Assembly: GCA_964016885.1 (NCBI GenBank)
Contig: OZ024740.1
Coordinates: forward strand, 5,270,001 to 5,334,000
Direction of reading: 5' to 3'
DNA: 64,000 bases
DNA from: Eledone cirrhosa
Lineage: Eukaryota
Part shown: positions 27,401 to 39,400 of the stretch, piece after piece
Layout: the number at the start of each line of letters is the position of its first letter
Position numbering within the stretch: position 1 is the first letter of the stretch
Translations under genes and position numbers: made by a program
Notes under the pieces: model-generated
Databases searched by the model: none
Told to the model about the DNA's origin: nothing
Seen by the model: the letters and a program-made list of their open reading frames with translations, nothing else

Positions 27401-30400
27401 CTGTAGTGTGGTAGTGTCACGTGTAGTGTGGTAGTGTCAACTGTAGTGTGGTAGTGTCTCCTGTAATTTGGTAGTGTCACCAGTAGTGTGGTAATGTCAC
27501 CTGGAGTGTATTAGTGTTACCTGTAATGTGGTAGTGTCACCTGTAGTGTAGTAGTGTCACCCGTAGTGTTGTAGTGTCACCTGTAATGTGGTAGTGTCAC
27601 GTGTAGTGTGCTCGTGTCACCTGTAGTGTGGTAGTGTCACCTGTAGTGTGGTAGTGCCACCTGTAGTGTGGTAGTGCCACCTGTAGTGTGGTAGTGTCAC
27701 CTGTAGTGTAGTAGTGTCACCTGTAATGTGGTAGTGTCACGTGTAGTGTGCTCGTGTCACCTGTAGTGTGATAGTGTCACCAGTAGTGTGGTAGCCTCAC
27801 CTGTAGTGTGGTAGTGTCACCTGTAGTGTGGTAGTGTCACCTGTAGTGTGGTAGTGTCACATATAGTGTGGTAGTGTCACCTGTAGTGTGGTAGTGTCAC
27901 CAGTAGTGTGGTAGCCTCACCTGTAGTGTGGTAGTGTCTCCTGTAATGTGGTAGTGTCACCTGTAATGTGGTAGTGTCACCTGTAGTGTGGTAGTGTCAC
28001 CAGTAGTGTAGTAGTGTCACCTGTAGTGTGGTAGTGTCACCTGTAGTGTGGTAGTGTCACCTGTAGTGTGGTAGTGTCACCTGTAGTCTGGTAGTGTGAC
28101 CTGTAGTGTAGTAGTGTGACCTGTAGTGTGGTAGTGTCACCTGTAGTGTGGTAGTGTCTCCTGTAATGTGGTAGTGTCACCTGTAGTGTGGTAGTGTCAC
28201 CAGTAGTGTAGTAGTGTCACCTGTAGTGTGGTAGTGTCACCTGTAGCGTGGTAGTGTCACCAGTAGTGTGTTAATGTCACCAGTAGTGTGGTAGAGTCCC
28301 CTGTAGTGTGGTATTGTCAACTGTAGTGTGGTAGTGTCACCTGTAGTGTGGTAGTGTCACCTGTAGTGTGATAGTGTCACCTGTAGTGTGGTAGTGTCAC
28401 CTGTAATGTGGTAGTGTCACCTGTAGTGTGGTAGTGTAACCTGTAGTATGGTAGTGTCCCCTGTAGTGTGGTAGTGTCACCTCTAAGGTGGTAGTGTCTC
28501 CTGTAGTGTGTTTGTGTCGCCAGTAGTGGGGTAGTGTTACTTGTAGTATGGTAGTGCACCTGTAGTGTGGTAGTGTCACCTGTAGTGTGGTAGTGTCACC
28601 AGTAGTGTGGTAGTGTCAACTGTAAGGTGGTAATATCACCTGTAGTGTGGTAGTGTCACCTGTTGTGTGGTAGTGTCACGTGTAGCGTGGTAGTGTCACC
28701 TGTAATGTGGTAGAGTCACCTGTAGTGTAGTAGTGTCACCTGTAGTGTGGTAGTGTCACCTGTAGTGTGTTAGTGTCACCTGTAGTGTGTTAGAGTCATC
28801 TGTAGTGTGGTTGTGACACCAGTAAGGTGGTAGTGTCCCCTGTAGTGTGGTAATGTCATCTGTAGTGCGGTAGTGTAACCAGCAGTGTGGTAGTGCCACC
28901 TGTAGTGTGGTAGTGTCACGTGTAATGTGGTAGTGTCACCTGTAGTGTGGTAGTGTCACCTGTAGTCTGGTAGTGTCAACTGTAGTGTGGTAGTGTCTCC
29001 TGTAATGTGGTAGTGTCACCTGTAATGTGGTAGTGCCACCTGTAGTGTGGTAGTGTCACCTGTAGTGTGGTAGTGTCACCTGTAATGTGGTAGTGTCACC
29101 TGTTGTGTGGTAGTTTCACCTGTAATGTGGTAGTTTCACCTGTAGTGTGGTAGTGTCACCTGTAGTGTGGTAGTGTCACCTGTAGTGTAGTAGTGTCACC
29201 TGTAGTGTGGTAGTGTCACCTGTAGTGTAGTAGTGTCATCTGTAGTGTGGTAGTGTCACCTGTAGTGTGGTAGTGTCACCTGTAGTGTAGTAGTGTCACC
29301 TGTAGTGTGGTAGTGTCACCTGTAGTGTAGTAGTGTCACCTGTAGTGTGGTAGTGTCACCTGTAGTGTAGTAGTGTCACCTGTAGTGTGGTAGTGTCACC
29401 TGTAGTGTAGTAGTGTCACCTGTAGTGTGGTATCCTCACCTGTAGTGTAGTAGTGTCACCTGTAGTGTGGTAGTGTCACCTGTAGTGTGGTAGTGTCACC
29501 TGTAGTGTAGTAGTGTCACCTGTAGTGTGGTAGTGTCACCTGTAGTGTAGTAGTGTCACCTGTAGTGTGGTAGTGTCACCTGTATTGTGGTAGTGTCACC
29601 TGTAGTGTGGTAGTGTAACCTGTAGTGTGGTATCCTCACCTGTAGTGTGGTAGTGTCACCTGTAGTGTGGTAGTGTCACCTGTAGTGTAGTAGTGTCACC
29701 TGTAGTGTGGTAGTGTCACCTGTAGTGTGGTAGTGTCACCTGTAGTGTGGTAGTGTCACCTGTAGTGTGGTAGTGTCACCTGTAGTGTGGTATCCTCACC
29801 TGTAGTGTGGTAGTGTCACCTGTAGTGTAGTAGTGTCACCTGTAGCGTGGTAGTGTCACCTGTAGTGTAGTTGTGTCACCTGTAGTGTGTTAATGTCACC
29901 AGTAGTGTGTTAATGTCACCAGTAGTGTGGTATTGTCAACTGTAGTGTTGTAGTGTCATCTGTAAGGTGGTAGTGTCACCTGTAGTGTGGTAGTGTCACC
30001 TGTAGTGTGGTAGTGTCACCTGTAGTGTGGTAGCGTCACCTGTAGTGTGGTAGTGTCACCTGTAATGTGGTAGTGTCACTTGTAGTGTGCTAGTGTCTCC
30101 TGTAATGTGTTAATGTCACCTGTAGTGTGTAGTGTCACCTGTAGTGTGATAGTGTCACCTGTAGTGTTGTAGTGTTACCTGTAATGTGCTATTGTCACCT
30201 GTAGTGTGGTAGTGTCTCCTGTAATTTGGTAGTGTCACCTGTAGTGTGGTAATGTCACCTGTAGTGTAGTTGTGTCACCTGTAGTGTGGTAGTGTCACCT
30301 GTAGTGTGGTAGTTTCACCAGTAGTGTGGTAGTGTCACCTGTAATGTGGTAGTGTAACCTGTAGTGTGGTAGTGTCACCTGTAAGGTGGTAGTGTCTCCT

Positions 30401-33400
30401 GTAGTGTGTTTGTGTCACCTGTAGTGTGCTGGTGTCACCTGTAGTGTGGTAGAGTCCCCTGTAGTGTGGTATTGTCAACTGTAGTGTGGTAGTGTCACCT
30501 GTAGTGTGGTAGTGTCACCTGTAGTGTGATAGTGTCACCTGTAGTGTGGTAGTGTCACCTGTAATGTGGTAGTGTCACCTGTAGTGTGGTAGTGTAACCT
30601 GTAGTGTGGTAGTGTCACCTGTAGTGTGTTTGTGTCACCTGTAGTGTGATAGTGTCACCTGTAGTGTGGTAGTGTCACCTGTAAGGTGGTAGTGTCACCT
30701 GTAGTGTGGTAGTGTCAAATGTAAGGTGGTAGTGTCACCTGTAGTGTGGTAGTGTCACCTGTTGTGTGGTAGTGTCACGTGTAGAGTGGTAGTGTCTCCT
30801 GTAGTATGATAGTGTCACCTGTAATGTGGTAGTGTCACCTGTAGTGTGGTAGTGTCACCTGTAGTGTGGTAGAGACCCTGTAGTGTGGTAGTGTCACGTG
30901 TAGTGTGGTAGTGTCAACTGTAGTGTGGTAGTGTCTCCTGTAATTTGGTAGTGTCACCAGTAGTGTGGTAATGTCACCTGGAGTGTATTAGTGTTACCTG
31001 TAATGTGGTAGTGTCACCTGTAGTGTAGTAGTGTCACCCGTAGTGTTGTAGTGTCACCTGTAATGTGGTAGTGTCACGTGTAGTGTGCTCGTGTCACCTG
31101 TAGTGTGGTAGTGTCACCTGTAGTGTGGTAGTGCCACCTGTAGTGTGGTAGTGCCACCTGTAGTGTGGTAGTGTCACCTGTAGTGTAGTAGTGTCACCTG
31201 TAATGTGGTAGTGTCACGTGTAGTGTGCTCGTGTCACCTGTAGTGTGATAGTGTCACCAGTAGTGTGGTAGCCTCACCTGTAGTGTGGTAGTGTCACCTG
31301 TAGTGTGGTAGTGTCACCTGTAGTGTGGTAGTGTCACATATAGTGTGGTAGTGTCACCTGTAGTGTGGTAGTGTCACCAGTAGTGTGGTAGCCTCACCTG
31401 TAGTGTGGTAGTGTCACCTGTAGTGTGGTAGTGTCACCTGTAGTGTGGTAGTGTCACCTATAGTGTGGTAGTGTCACCTGTAGTGTGGTAGTGTCACCTG
31501 TAGTGTGGTAGTGTCACCTGTAACGTGGTAGTGTCACCTGTAGTGTGATAGTGTCACCAGTAGTGTGGTAGTGTCACGTGTAATGTGGTAGTGTCACCTG
31601 TAGTGTGGTAGTGTCATCAGTAGTGTGGTAGTGTCACCTGTAGTGTGGTAGTGTCATCAGTAGTGTGGTAGTGTCACCTGTAGTGTGGTAGTGTCACCTG
31701 TAATGTGGTAGTGTCACCTGTAGTGTGGTAGTGTCACCTGCAGTGTGGTAGTGTCATTTGTAGTGTGGTAGTGTTATTTGTAGTGTGGTAGTGTCTCCTG
31801 TAGTGTGGTAGTGCCACCTGTAATGTAGTAGTGTCATTTGTAGTGTGGTAGTGTCACCAGTAGTGTGGTAGTGTCTCCTGTAATGTGGTAGTGTCACCTG
31901 TAGTGTGGTAGAGACCCTGTAGTGTGGTATTGTCAACTGTAGTGTGGTAGTGTCACCTGTAAGGTGGTAGTGTCACCTGTAGTGTGGTAGCGTCACCTGT
32001 AGTGTGGTAGTGTCACCTGTAGTGTGGTAGTGTAAATGTAGTGTGGTAGTGTCACCTGTATTGTGGTAGTGTCACCTGTAATGTGGTAGTGTCACCTGTA
32101 GTGTGGTAGCGTCACCTGTAGTGTGGTAGTGTCTCCTGTAATGTGGTAGTGTCACCTGTAGTGTGGTAGTGTCACCTGTAGTGTGTTAGTGTCACCTGTA
32201 GTGTTGTAGTGTCACCTTTAGTGTGGTAGTGTCACCTGTAGTGTGGTAGTGTCACCTGTAGTGTGGTAGTGTCACCTGAAGTGTGGTAGTGTCACCTGTA
32301 GTGTGGTAGTGTCACCTGTAATGTGGTAGTGTCACCTGTAGTGTGGTAGCGTCACCTGTAGTGTGGTAGTGTCACCTGTAGTGTGGTAGTGTCACCTGTA
32401 GTGTGGTAGTGTCACCTGTAGTGTGGTAGTGTCACCTGTAGTGTGGTAGCATCACCTGTAGTGTGGTAGTGTCTCCTGTAATGTGGTAGTGTCACCTGTA
32501 GTGTGGTAGTGTCACCTGTAGTGTGGTAGTGTCACCTGTAGTGTGGTAGTGTCACCTGTAGTGTGGTAGCGTCACCTGTAGTGTGGTAGTGTACTTGTAG
32601 TGTGGTAGTGTCACCTGTATTGTGGTAGTGTCACCTGTAATGTGGTAGTGTCACCTGTAGTGTGGTAGCGTCACCTGTAGTGTGGTAGTGTCTCCTGTAA
32701 TGTGGTAGTGTCACCTGTAATGTGGTAGTGTCACCTGTAGTGTGGTAGTGTCACCTGTAGTGTGGTAGTGTCACCTGTAATGTGGTAGTGTCACCTGTAA
32801 TGTGGTAGTGTCACCTGTAGTGTGGTAGATCACCTTTAGTGTGGTAGTGTCACCTGTAATGTGGTAGTGTCACCTGTAGTGTGGTAGTGTCACCTGTAGT
32901 GTGGTAGTGTCACCTGTAGTGTGGAAGTGTCTCCTGTAATGTGGTAGTGTCACCTGTAGTGTGGTAGTGTCACCTTTAGTGTGGTAGTGTCACCTGTAGT
33001 GTGGTAGTGTCACCTGTAGTGTGGTAGCGTCACCTGTAGTGTGGTAGTGTCTCCTGTAATGTGGTAGTGTCACCTGTAGTGTGGTAGTGTCACCAGTAGT
33101 GTAGTAGTGTCACCTGTAGTGTGGTAGTGTCACCTGTAGTGTGGTAGTGTCACCTGTAGTGTGGTAGTGTCACCTGTAGTCTGGTAGTGTGACCTGTAGT
33201 GTAGTAGTGTGACCTGTAGTGTGGTAGTGTCACCTGTAGTGTGGTAGTGTCTCCTGTAATGTGGTAGTGTCACCTGTAGTGTGGTAGTGTCACCAGTAGT
33301 GTAGTAGTGTCACCTGTAGTGTGGTAGTGTCACCTGTAGTGTGGTAGCGTCACCTGTAGTGTGGTAGTGTCACCTGTAGTCTGGTAGTGTCACCTGTAGT

Positions 33401-36400
33401 GTAGTAGTGTCACCTGTAGTGTGGTAGTGTCACCAGTAGTGTAGTAGTGTCACCTGTAGTGTGGTAGTGTCACCCGTAGTGTGGTAGTGTCACGTGTAAT
33501 GTGGTAGTGTCACCTGTAGTGTGGTAGTGTCGCCTGTAGTGTGGTAGTGTCACCTGTAGTGTGTTAATGTCACCAGTAGTGTGGTAGTGTCACCTGTAGT
33601 GTGGTATTGTCAACTGAAGTGTGGTAGTGTCACCTGTAATGTGGTAGTGTCAACTGTAGTGTGGTAGTGCCACCTGTAGTGTGGTAGTGTCACCTGTAGT
33701 GTGGTAGTGTCACCTGTAATGTGGTAGTGTCACCTGTAGTGTGGTAGTGTCACCTGTAGTGTGGTAGTGTCACGTGTAATGTGGCAGTGTCACCTGTAGT
33801 CTGGTAGTGTCACCTGTAGTGTAGTAGTGTCACCTGTAGTGTGGTAGTGTCACCAGTAGTGTGGTAGTGTCACCTGTAGTGTGGTAGTGTCACCAGTAGT
33901 GTAGTAGTGTCACCTGTAGTGTGGTAGTGTCACCTGTAGTGTGGTAGTGTCACCAGTAGTGTAGTAGTGTCACCTGTAGTGTGGTAGTGTCACCTGTAGT
34001 GTGGTAGTGTCACCTGTAGTGTGTTAATGTCACCAGTAGTGTGGTAGAGTCCCCTGTAGTGTCGTATTGTCAACTGAAGTGTGGTAGTGTCACCTGTAAT
34101 GTGGTAGTGTCACCTGTAGTGTGGTAGTGTCACCAGTAGTGTAGTAGTGTCACCTGTAGTGTGGTAGTGTCACCTGTAGTGTGGTAGTGTCACCTGTAGT
34201 GTGGTAGTGTCACCTGTAGTGTGATAGTGTCACCTGTAGTGTGGTAGTGTCACCTGTAATGTGGTAGTGTCACCTGTAGTGTGGTAGTGTAACCTGTAGT
34301 ATGTTAGTGTCCCCTGTAGTGTGGTAGTGTCACCTGTAAGGTGGTAGTGTCTCCTGTAGTGTGTTTGTGTCACCTGTAGTGTGGTAGTGTCACCAGTAGT
34401 GTGGTAGTGTCAACTGTAAGGTGGTAGTGTCACCTGTAGTGTGGTAGAGTCACCTGTAGTGTAGTAGTGTCACCTGTAGTGTGGTAGTGACACCAGTAAG
34501 GTGGTAGTGTCCCCTGTAATGTGGTAGTGTAACCAGCAGTGTGGTAGTGCCACCTGTAGTGTGATAGTGTCACCTGTAATGTGGTAATGTCACCAGTAAT
34601 GTGGTAGTGTCACGTGTAATGTGGTAGTGTCACCTGTAGTGTGGTAGTGTCACCTGTAGTCTGGTAGTGTCACCAGTAGTGTGGTAGTGTCACCTGTAAT
34701 GTGGTAGTGTCACCTGTAATGTGGTAGTGTCACCTGTAGTGTGATAGTGTCACCTGTAATGTGGTAGTGTCACGTGTAATGTGGTAGTGTCACCTGTAGT
34801 CTGGTAGTGTCAACTGTAGTGTGGTAGTGTCAACTGTAGTGTGGTAGTGTCTCCTGTAATGTGGTAGTGTCACCTGTAATGTGGTAGTGCCACCTGTAGT
34901 GTGGTAGTGTCACCTGTAGTGTGGTAGTGTCAACTGTAATGTGGTAGTGTCACCTGTTGTGTGGTAGTTTCACCTGTAATGTGGTAGTTTCACCTGTAGT
35001 GTGGTAGTGTCACCTGTAGTGTGGTACTGTCACCTGTAGTGTAGTAGTGTCACCTGTAGTGTGGTAGTGTCACCTGTAGTGTAGTAGTGTCACCTGTAGT
35101 GTGGTAGTGTCACCTGTAGTGTGGTAGTGTCACCTGTAGTGTGGTAGTGTCACCTGTAGTGTAGTAGTGTCACCTGTAGTGTGGTAGTGTCACCTGTAGT
35201 GTAGTAGTGTCACCTGTAGTGTGGTATCCTCACCTGTAGTGTAGTAGTATCACCTGTAGTGTGGTAGTGTCACCTGTAGTGTGGTAGTGCCACCTGTAGT
35301 GTGGTAGTGTCACCTGTAGTGTAGTAGTGTCACCTGTAGTGTGGTAGTGTCACCTGTAGTGTAGTAGTGTCACCTGTAGTGTGGTAGTGTCACCTGTAGT
35401 GTGGTAGTGTCACCTGTAGTGTGGTAGTGTAACCTGTAGTGTGGTATCCTCACCTGTAGTGTGGTAGTGTCACCTGTAGTGTGGTAGTGTCACCTGTAGT
35501 GTAGTAGTGTCACCTGTAGTGTGGTAGTGTCACCTGTAGTGTGGTAGTGTCACCTGTAGTGTGGTAGTGTCACCTGTAGTGTGGTATCCTCACCTGTAGT
35601 GTGGTAGTGTCACCTGTAGTGTGGTAGTGTCACCTGTAGTGTGGTAGTGTCACCTGTAGTGTGGTAGTGTCACCTGTAGTGTGTTATCCTCACCTGTAGT
35701 GTGGTAGTGTCACCTGTAGTGTGGTAGTGTCACCTGTAGTGTGGTAGTGTCACCTGTAGTGTAGTAGTGTCACCTGTAGTGTGCTAGTGTCACCTGTAGT
35801 GTGGTATCCTCACCTGTAGTGTAGCAGTGTCACCTGTAGTGTGGTAGTGTCACCTGTAGTGTAGTAGTGTCACCTGTAGTGTGGTAGTGTCACCTGTAGT
35901 GTAGTAGTGTCACCTGTAGTGTGGTAGTGTCACCTGTAGTGTGGTAGTGTCACCTGTAGTGTGATAGTGTCATCAGTAGTGTGGTAGTGTCATCTGTAGT
36001 GTGGTAGTGTCACCTGTAATGTGCTATTGTCAACTGTAGTGTGGTAGTGTCACCTGTAATGTGGTAGTGTCACCTGTAGTGTAGTAGTGTCATTTGTAGT
36101 GTGGTATTGTCACCTGTAGTGTGCTAGTGTCACCAGTAGTGTGGTAGTGTTACCTGTCGTGTAGTAGTGTCACCTGTAGTGTGATAGTGTCACCTGTAAT
36201 GTGGCAGTGTCACCTGTAGTGTGGTAGTGTCACCAGTAGTGTGGTAGTGTTACCTGTTGTGTAGTAGTGTCACCTGTAGTGTGGTAGTGTCACCTGTAGT
36301 GTGGTAGTGTCACCTGTAATGTGCTATTGTCACCTGTAGTGTGGTAGTGTCACCTGTAGTGTGGTAGTGTCACCTGTAGTGTGGTAGTGTCACCTGTAGT

Positions 36401-39400
36401 CTGGTAGTGTCAACTGTAGTGTAGGTAGTGTCTCCTGTAATGTGGTAGTGTCACCTGTAATATGGTAGTGTCATCAGTAGTGTGGTAGTGTCACCTGTAG
36501 TGTAGTAGTATCACCTGTAGTGTGGTAGTGTCACCTGTAGTGTGGTAGTGTCACCTGTAGTGTGGTAGTGTCACCTGTAGTGTGGTAGTGTCACCTGTAG
36601 TGTGGTAGTGTCACCTGTAGTGTGGTAGCGTCACCTGTAGTGTGGTAGTGTCACCTGTAGTGTGGTAGGGTCACCTGTAGAGTAGTAGTGCCACCTGTAG
36701 TGTGGTAGTGTCACCTGTAGTGTGGTAGTGCCACCTGTAGTGTGGTAGTGTCACCTGTAATGTGGTAGTGTCAGCTGTAATGTGGTAGTGTCACCTGTAG
36801 TATGATAGTGTCAGCTGTAGTGTGGTAGTGTCACCTGTAATGTGGTAGTGTCACCTGTAGTGTGGTAGTGTCACCTGTTGTAGTAGTGTCACCTGTAGTG
36901 TGGTAGTGTCACCTGTAATGTGGTAGTGTCACCTGTAGTGTGGTAGTGTCACCTGTAGTGTGGTATTGTCACCTGTAGTGTGGTAGTGTCTCCTGTAATG
37001 TGGTAGTGTCACCTGTAGTGTGGTAGTGTCACCAGTAGTGTAGTAGTGTCACCTGTAGTGTGGTAGTGTCACCTGTAGTGTGGTAGTGTCACCTGTAGTG
37101 TGGTAGTGTCACCTGTAGTCTGGTAGTGTCACCTGTATTGTAGTAGTGTCACCTGTAGTGTGGTAGTGTCACCTGTAGTGTGGTAGTGTCACCCGTAGTG
37201 TGGTAGTGTCACCTGTAGTGTGTTAATGTCACCAGTAGTGTGGTAGTGTCACCTGTAGTGTGGTATTGTCAACTGAAGTGTGGTAGTGTCACGTGTAATG
37301 TGGTAGTGTCACCTGTAGTGTGGTAGTGTCGCCTGTAGTGTGGTAGTGTCACCTGTAGTGTGTTAATGTCACCAGTAGTGTGGTAGTGTCACCTGTAGTG
37401 TGGTATTGTCAACTGAAGTGTGGTAGTGTCACCTGTAATGTGGTAGTGTCAACTGTAGTGTGGTAGTGCCACCTGTAGTGTGGTAGTGTTACCTGTAGTG
37501 TGGCAGTGTCACCTGTAGTGTGGTAGTGTCACCTGTAATGTGGTAGTGTCACGTGTAATGTGGCAGTGTCACCTGTAGTCTGGTAGTGTCACCTGTAGTG
37601 TAGTAGTGTCACCTGTAGTGTGGTAGTGTCACCAGTAGTGTGGTAGTGTCACCTGTAGTGTGGTAGTGTCACCAGTAGTGTAGTAGTGTCACCTGTAGTG
37701 TGGTAGTGTCACCTGTAGTGTGGTAGTGTCACCTGTAGTGTGGTAGTGTCACCCGTAGTGTGGTAGTGTCACCTGTAATGTGGTAGTGTCACCTGTAGTG
37801 TGGTAGTGTCACCTGTAGTGTGGTAGTGTCACCGGTAGTGTGGTAGTGTCACCTGTAGTGTGTTAATGTCACCAGTAGTGTGGTAGAGGCCCCTGTAGTG
37901 TGGTATTGTCAACTGAAGTGTGGTAGTGTCACCTGTAATGTGGTAGTGTCAACTGTAGTGTGGTAGTGCCACCTGTAGTGTGGTAGTGTCACCTGTAGTG
38001 TGATAGTGTCACCTGTAGTGTGGTAGTGTCACCTGTAATGTGGTAGTGTCACCTGTAATGTGGTAGTGTAACCTGTAGTATGGTAGTGTCCCCTGTAGTG
38101 TGGTAGTGTCACCTGTAAGGTGGTAGTGTCTCCTGTAGTGTGTTTGTGTCACCTGTAGTGTGGTAGTGTCACCAGTAGTGTGGTAGTGTCAACTGTAAGG
38201 TGGTAGTGTCACCTGTAGTGTGGTAGAGTCACCTGTAGTGTAGTAGTGTCACCTGTAGTGTGGTAGTGACACCAGTAAGGTGGTAGTGTCCCCTGTAATG
38301 TGGTAGTGTAACCAGCAGTGTGGTAGTACCACCTGTAGTGTGATAGTGTCACCTGTAATGTGGTAATGTCACCAGTAATGTGGTAGTGTCACGTGTAATG
38401 TGGTAGTGTCACCTGTAGTGTGGTAGTGTCACCTGTAGTCTGGTAGTGTCATCAGTAGTGTGGTAGTGTCACCAGTAGTGTGGCAGTGTCACCTGTAATG
38501 TGGTAGTGTCACCTGTAGTGTGATAGTGTCACCTGTAATGTGGTAGTGTCACGTGTAATGTGGTAGTGTCACCTGTAGTCTGGTAGTGTCAACTGTAGTG
38601 TGGTAGTGTCAACTGTAGTGTGGTAGTGTCTCCTGTAATGTGGTAGTGTCACCTGTAATGTGGTAGTGCCACCTGTAGTGTGGTAGTGTCACCTGTAGTG
38701 TGGTAGTGTCACCTGTAATGTGGTAGTGTCACCTGTTGTGTGGTAGTTTCACCTGTAATGTGGTAGTTTCACCTGTAGTGTGGTAGTGTCACCTGTAGTG
38801 TGGTACTGTCACCTGTAGTGTAGTAGTGTCAACTGTAGTGTGGTAGTGTCACCTGTAGTGTAGTAGTGTCACCTGTAGTGTGGTAGTGTCACCTGTAGTG
38901 TGGTAGTGTCACCTGTAGTGTAGTAGTGTCACCTGTAGTGTGGTAGTGTCACCTGTAGTGTAGTAGTGTCACCTGTAGTGTGGTATCCTCACCTGTAGTG
39001 TAGTAGTGTCACCTGTAGTGTGGTAGTGTCACCTGTAGTGTGGTAGTGCCACCTGTAGTGTGGTAGTGTCACCTGTAGTGTAGTAGTGTCACCTGTAGTG
39101 TGGTAGTGTCACCTGTAGTGTATTAGTGTCACCTGTAGTGTGGTAGTGTCACCTGTAGTGTGGTAGTGTCACCTGTAGTGTGGTATCCTCACCTGTAGTG
39201 TGGTAGTGTCACCTGTAGTGTGGTAGTGTCACCTGTAGTGTGGTAGTGTCACCTGTAGTGTGGTAGTGTCACCTGTAATGTGCTATTGTCACCTGTAGTG
39301 TGGTAGTGTCACCTGTAGTGTGGTAGTGTCACCTGTAGTGTTGTAGTGTCACCTGTAGTCTGGTAGTGTCAACTGTAGTGTAGGTAGTGTCTCCTGTAAT

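Noticed and set aside
7295-31936. 60-67 aa TTTLQVTLPHYR-type ORFs
   Set aside because: These are satellite translations. The consensus has a TGA every 60 nt on the minus strand and TAG stops on the plus strand, so ORFs appear only where variants remove a stop.
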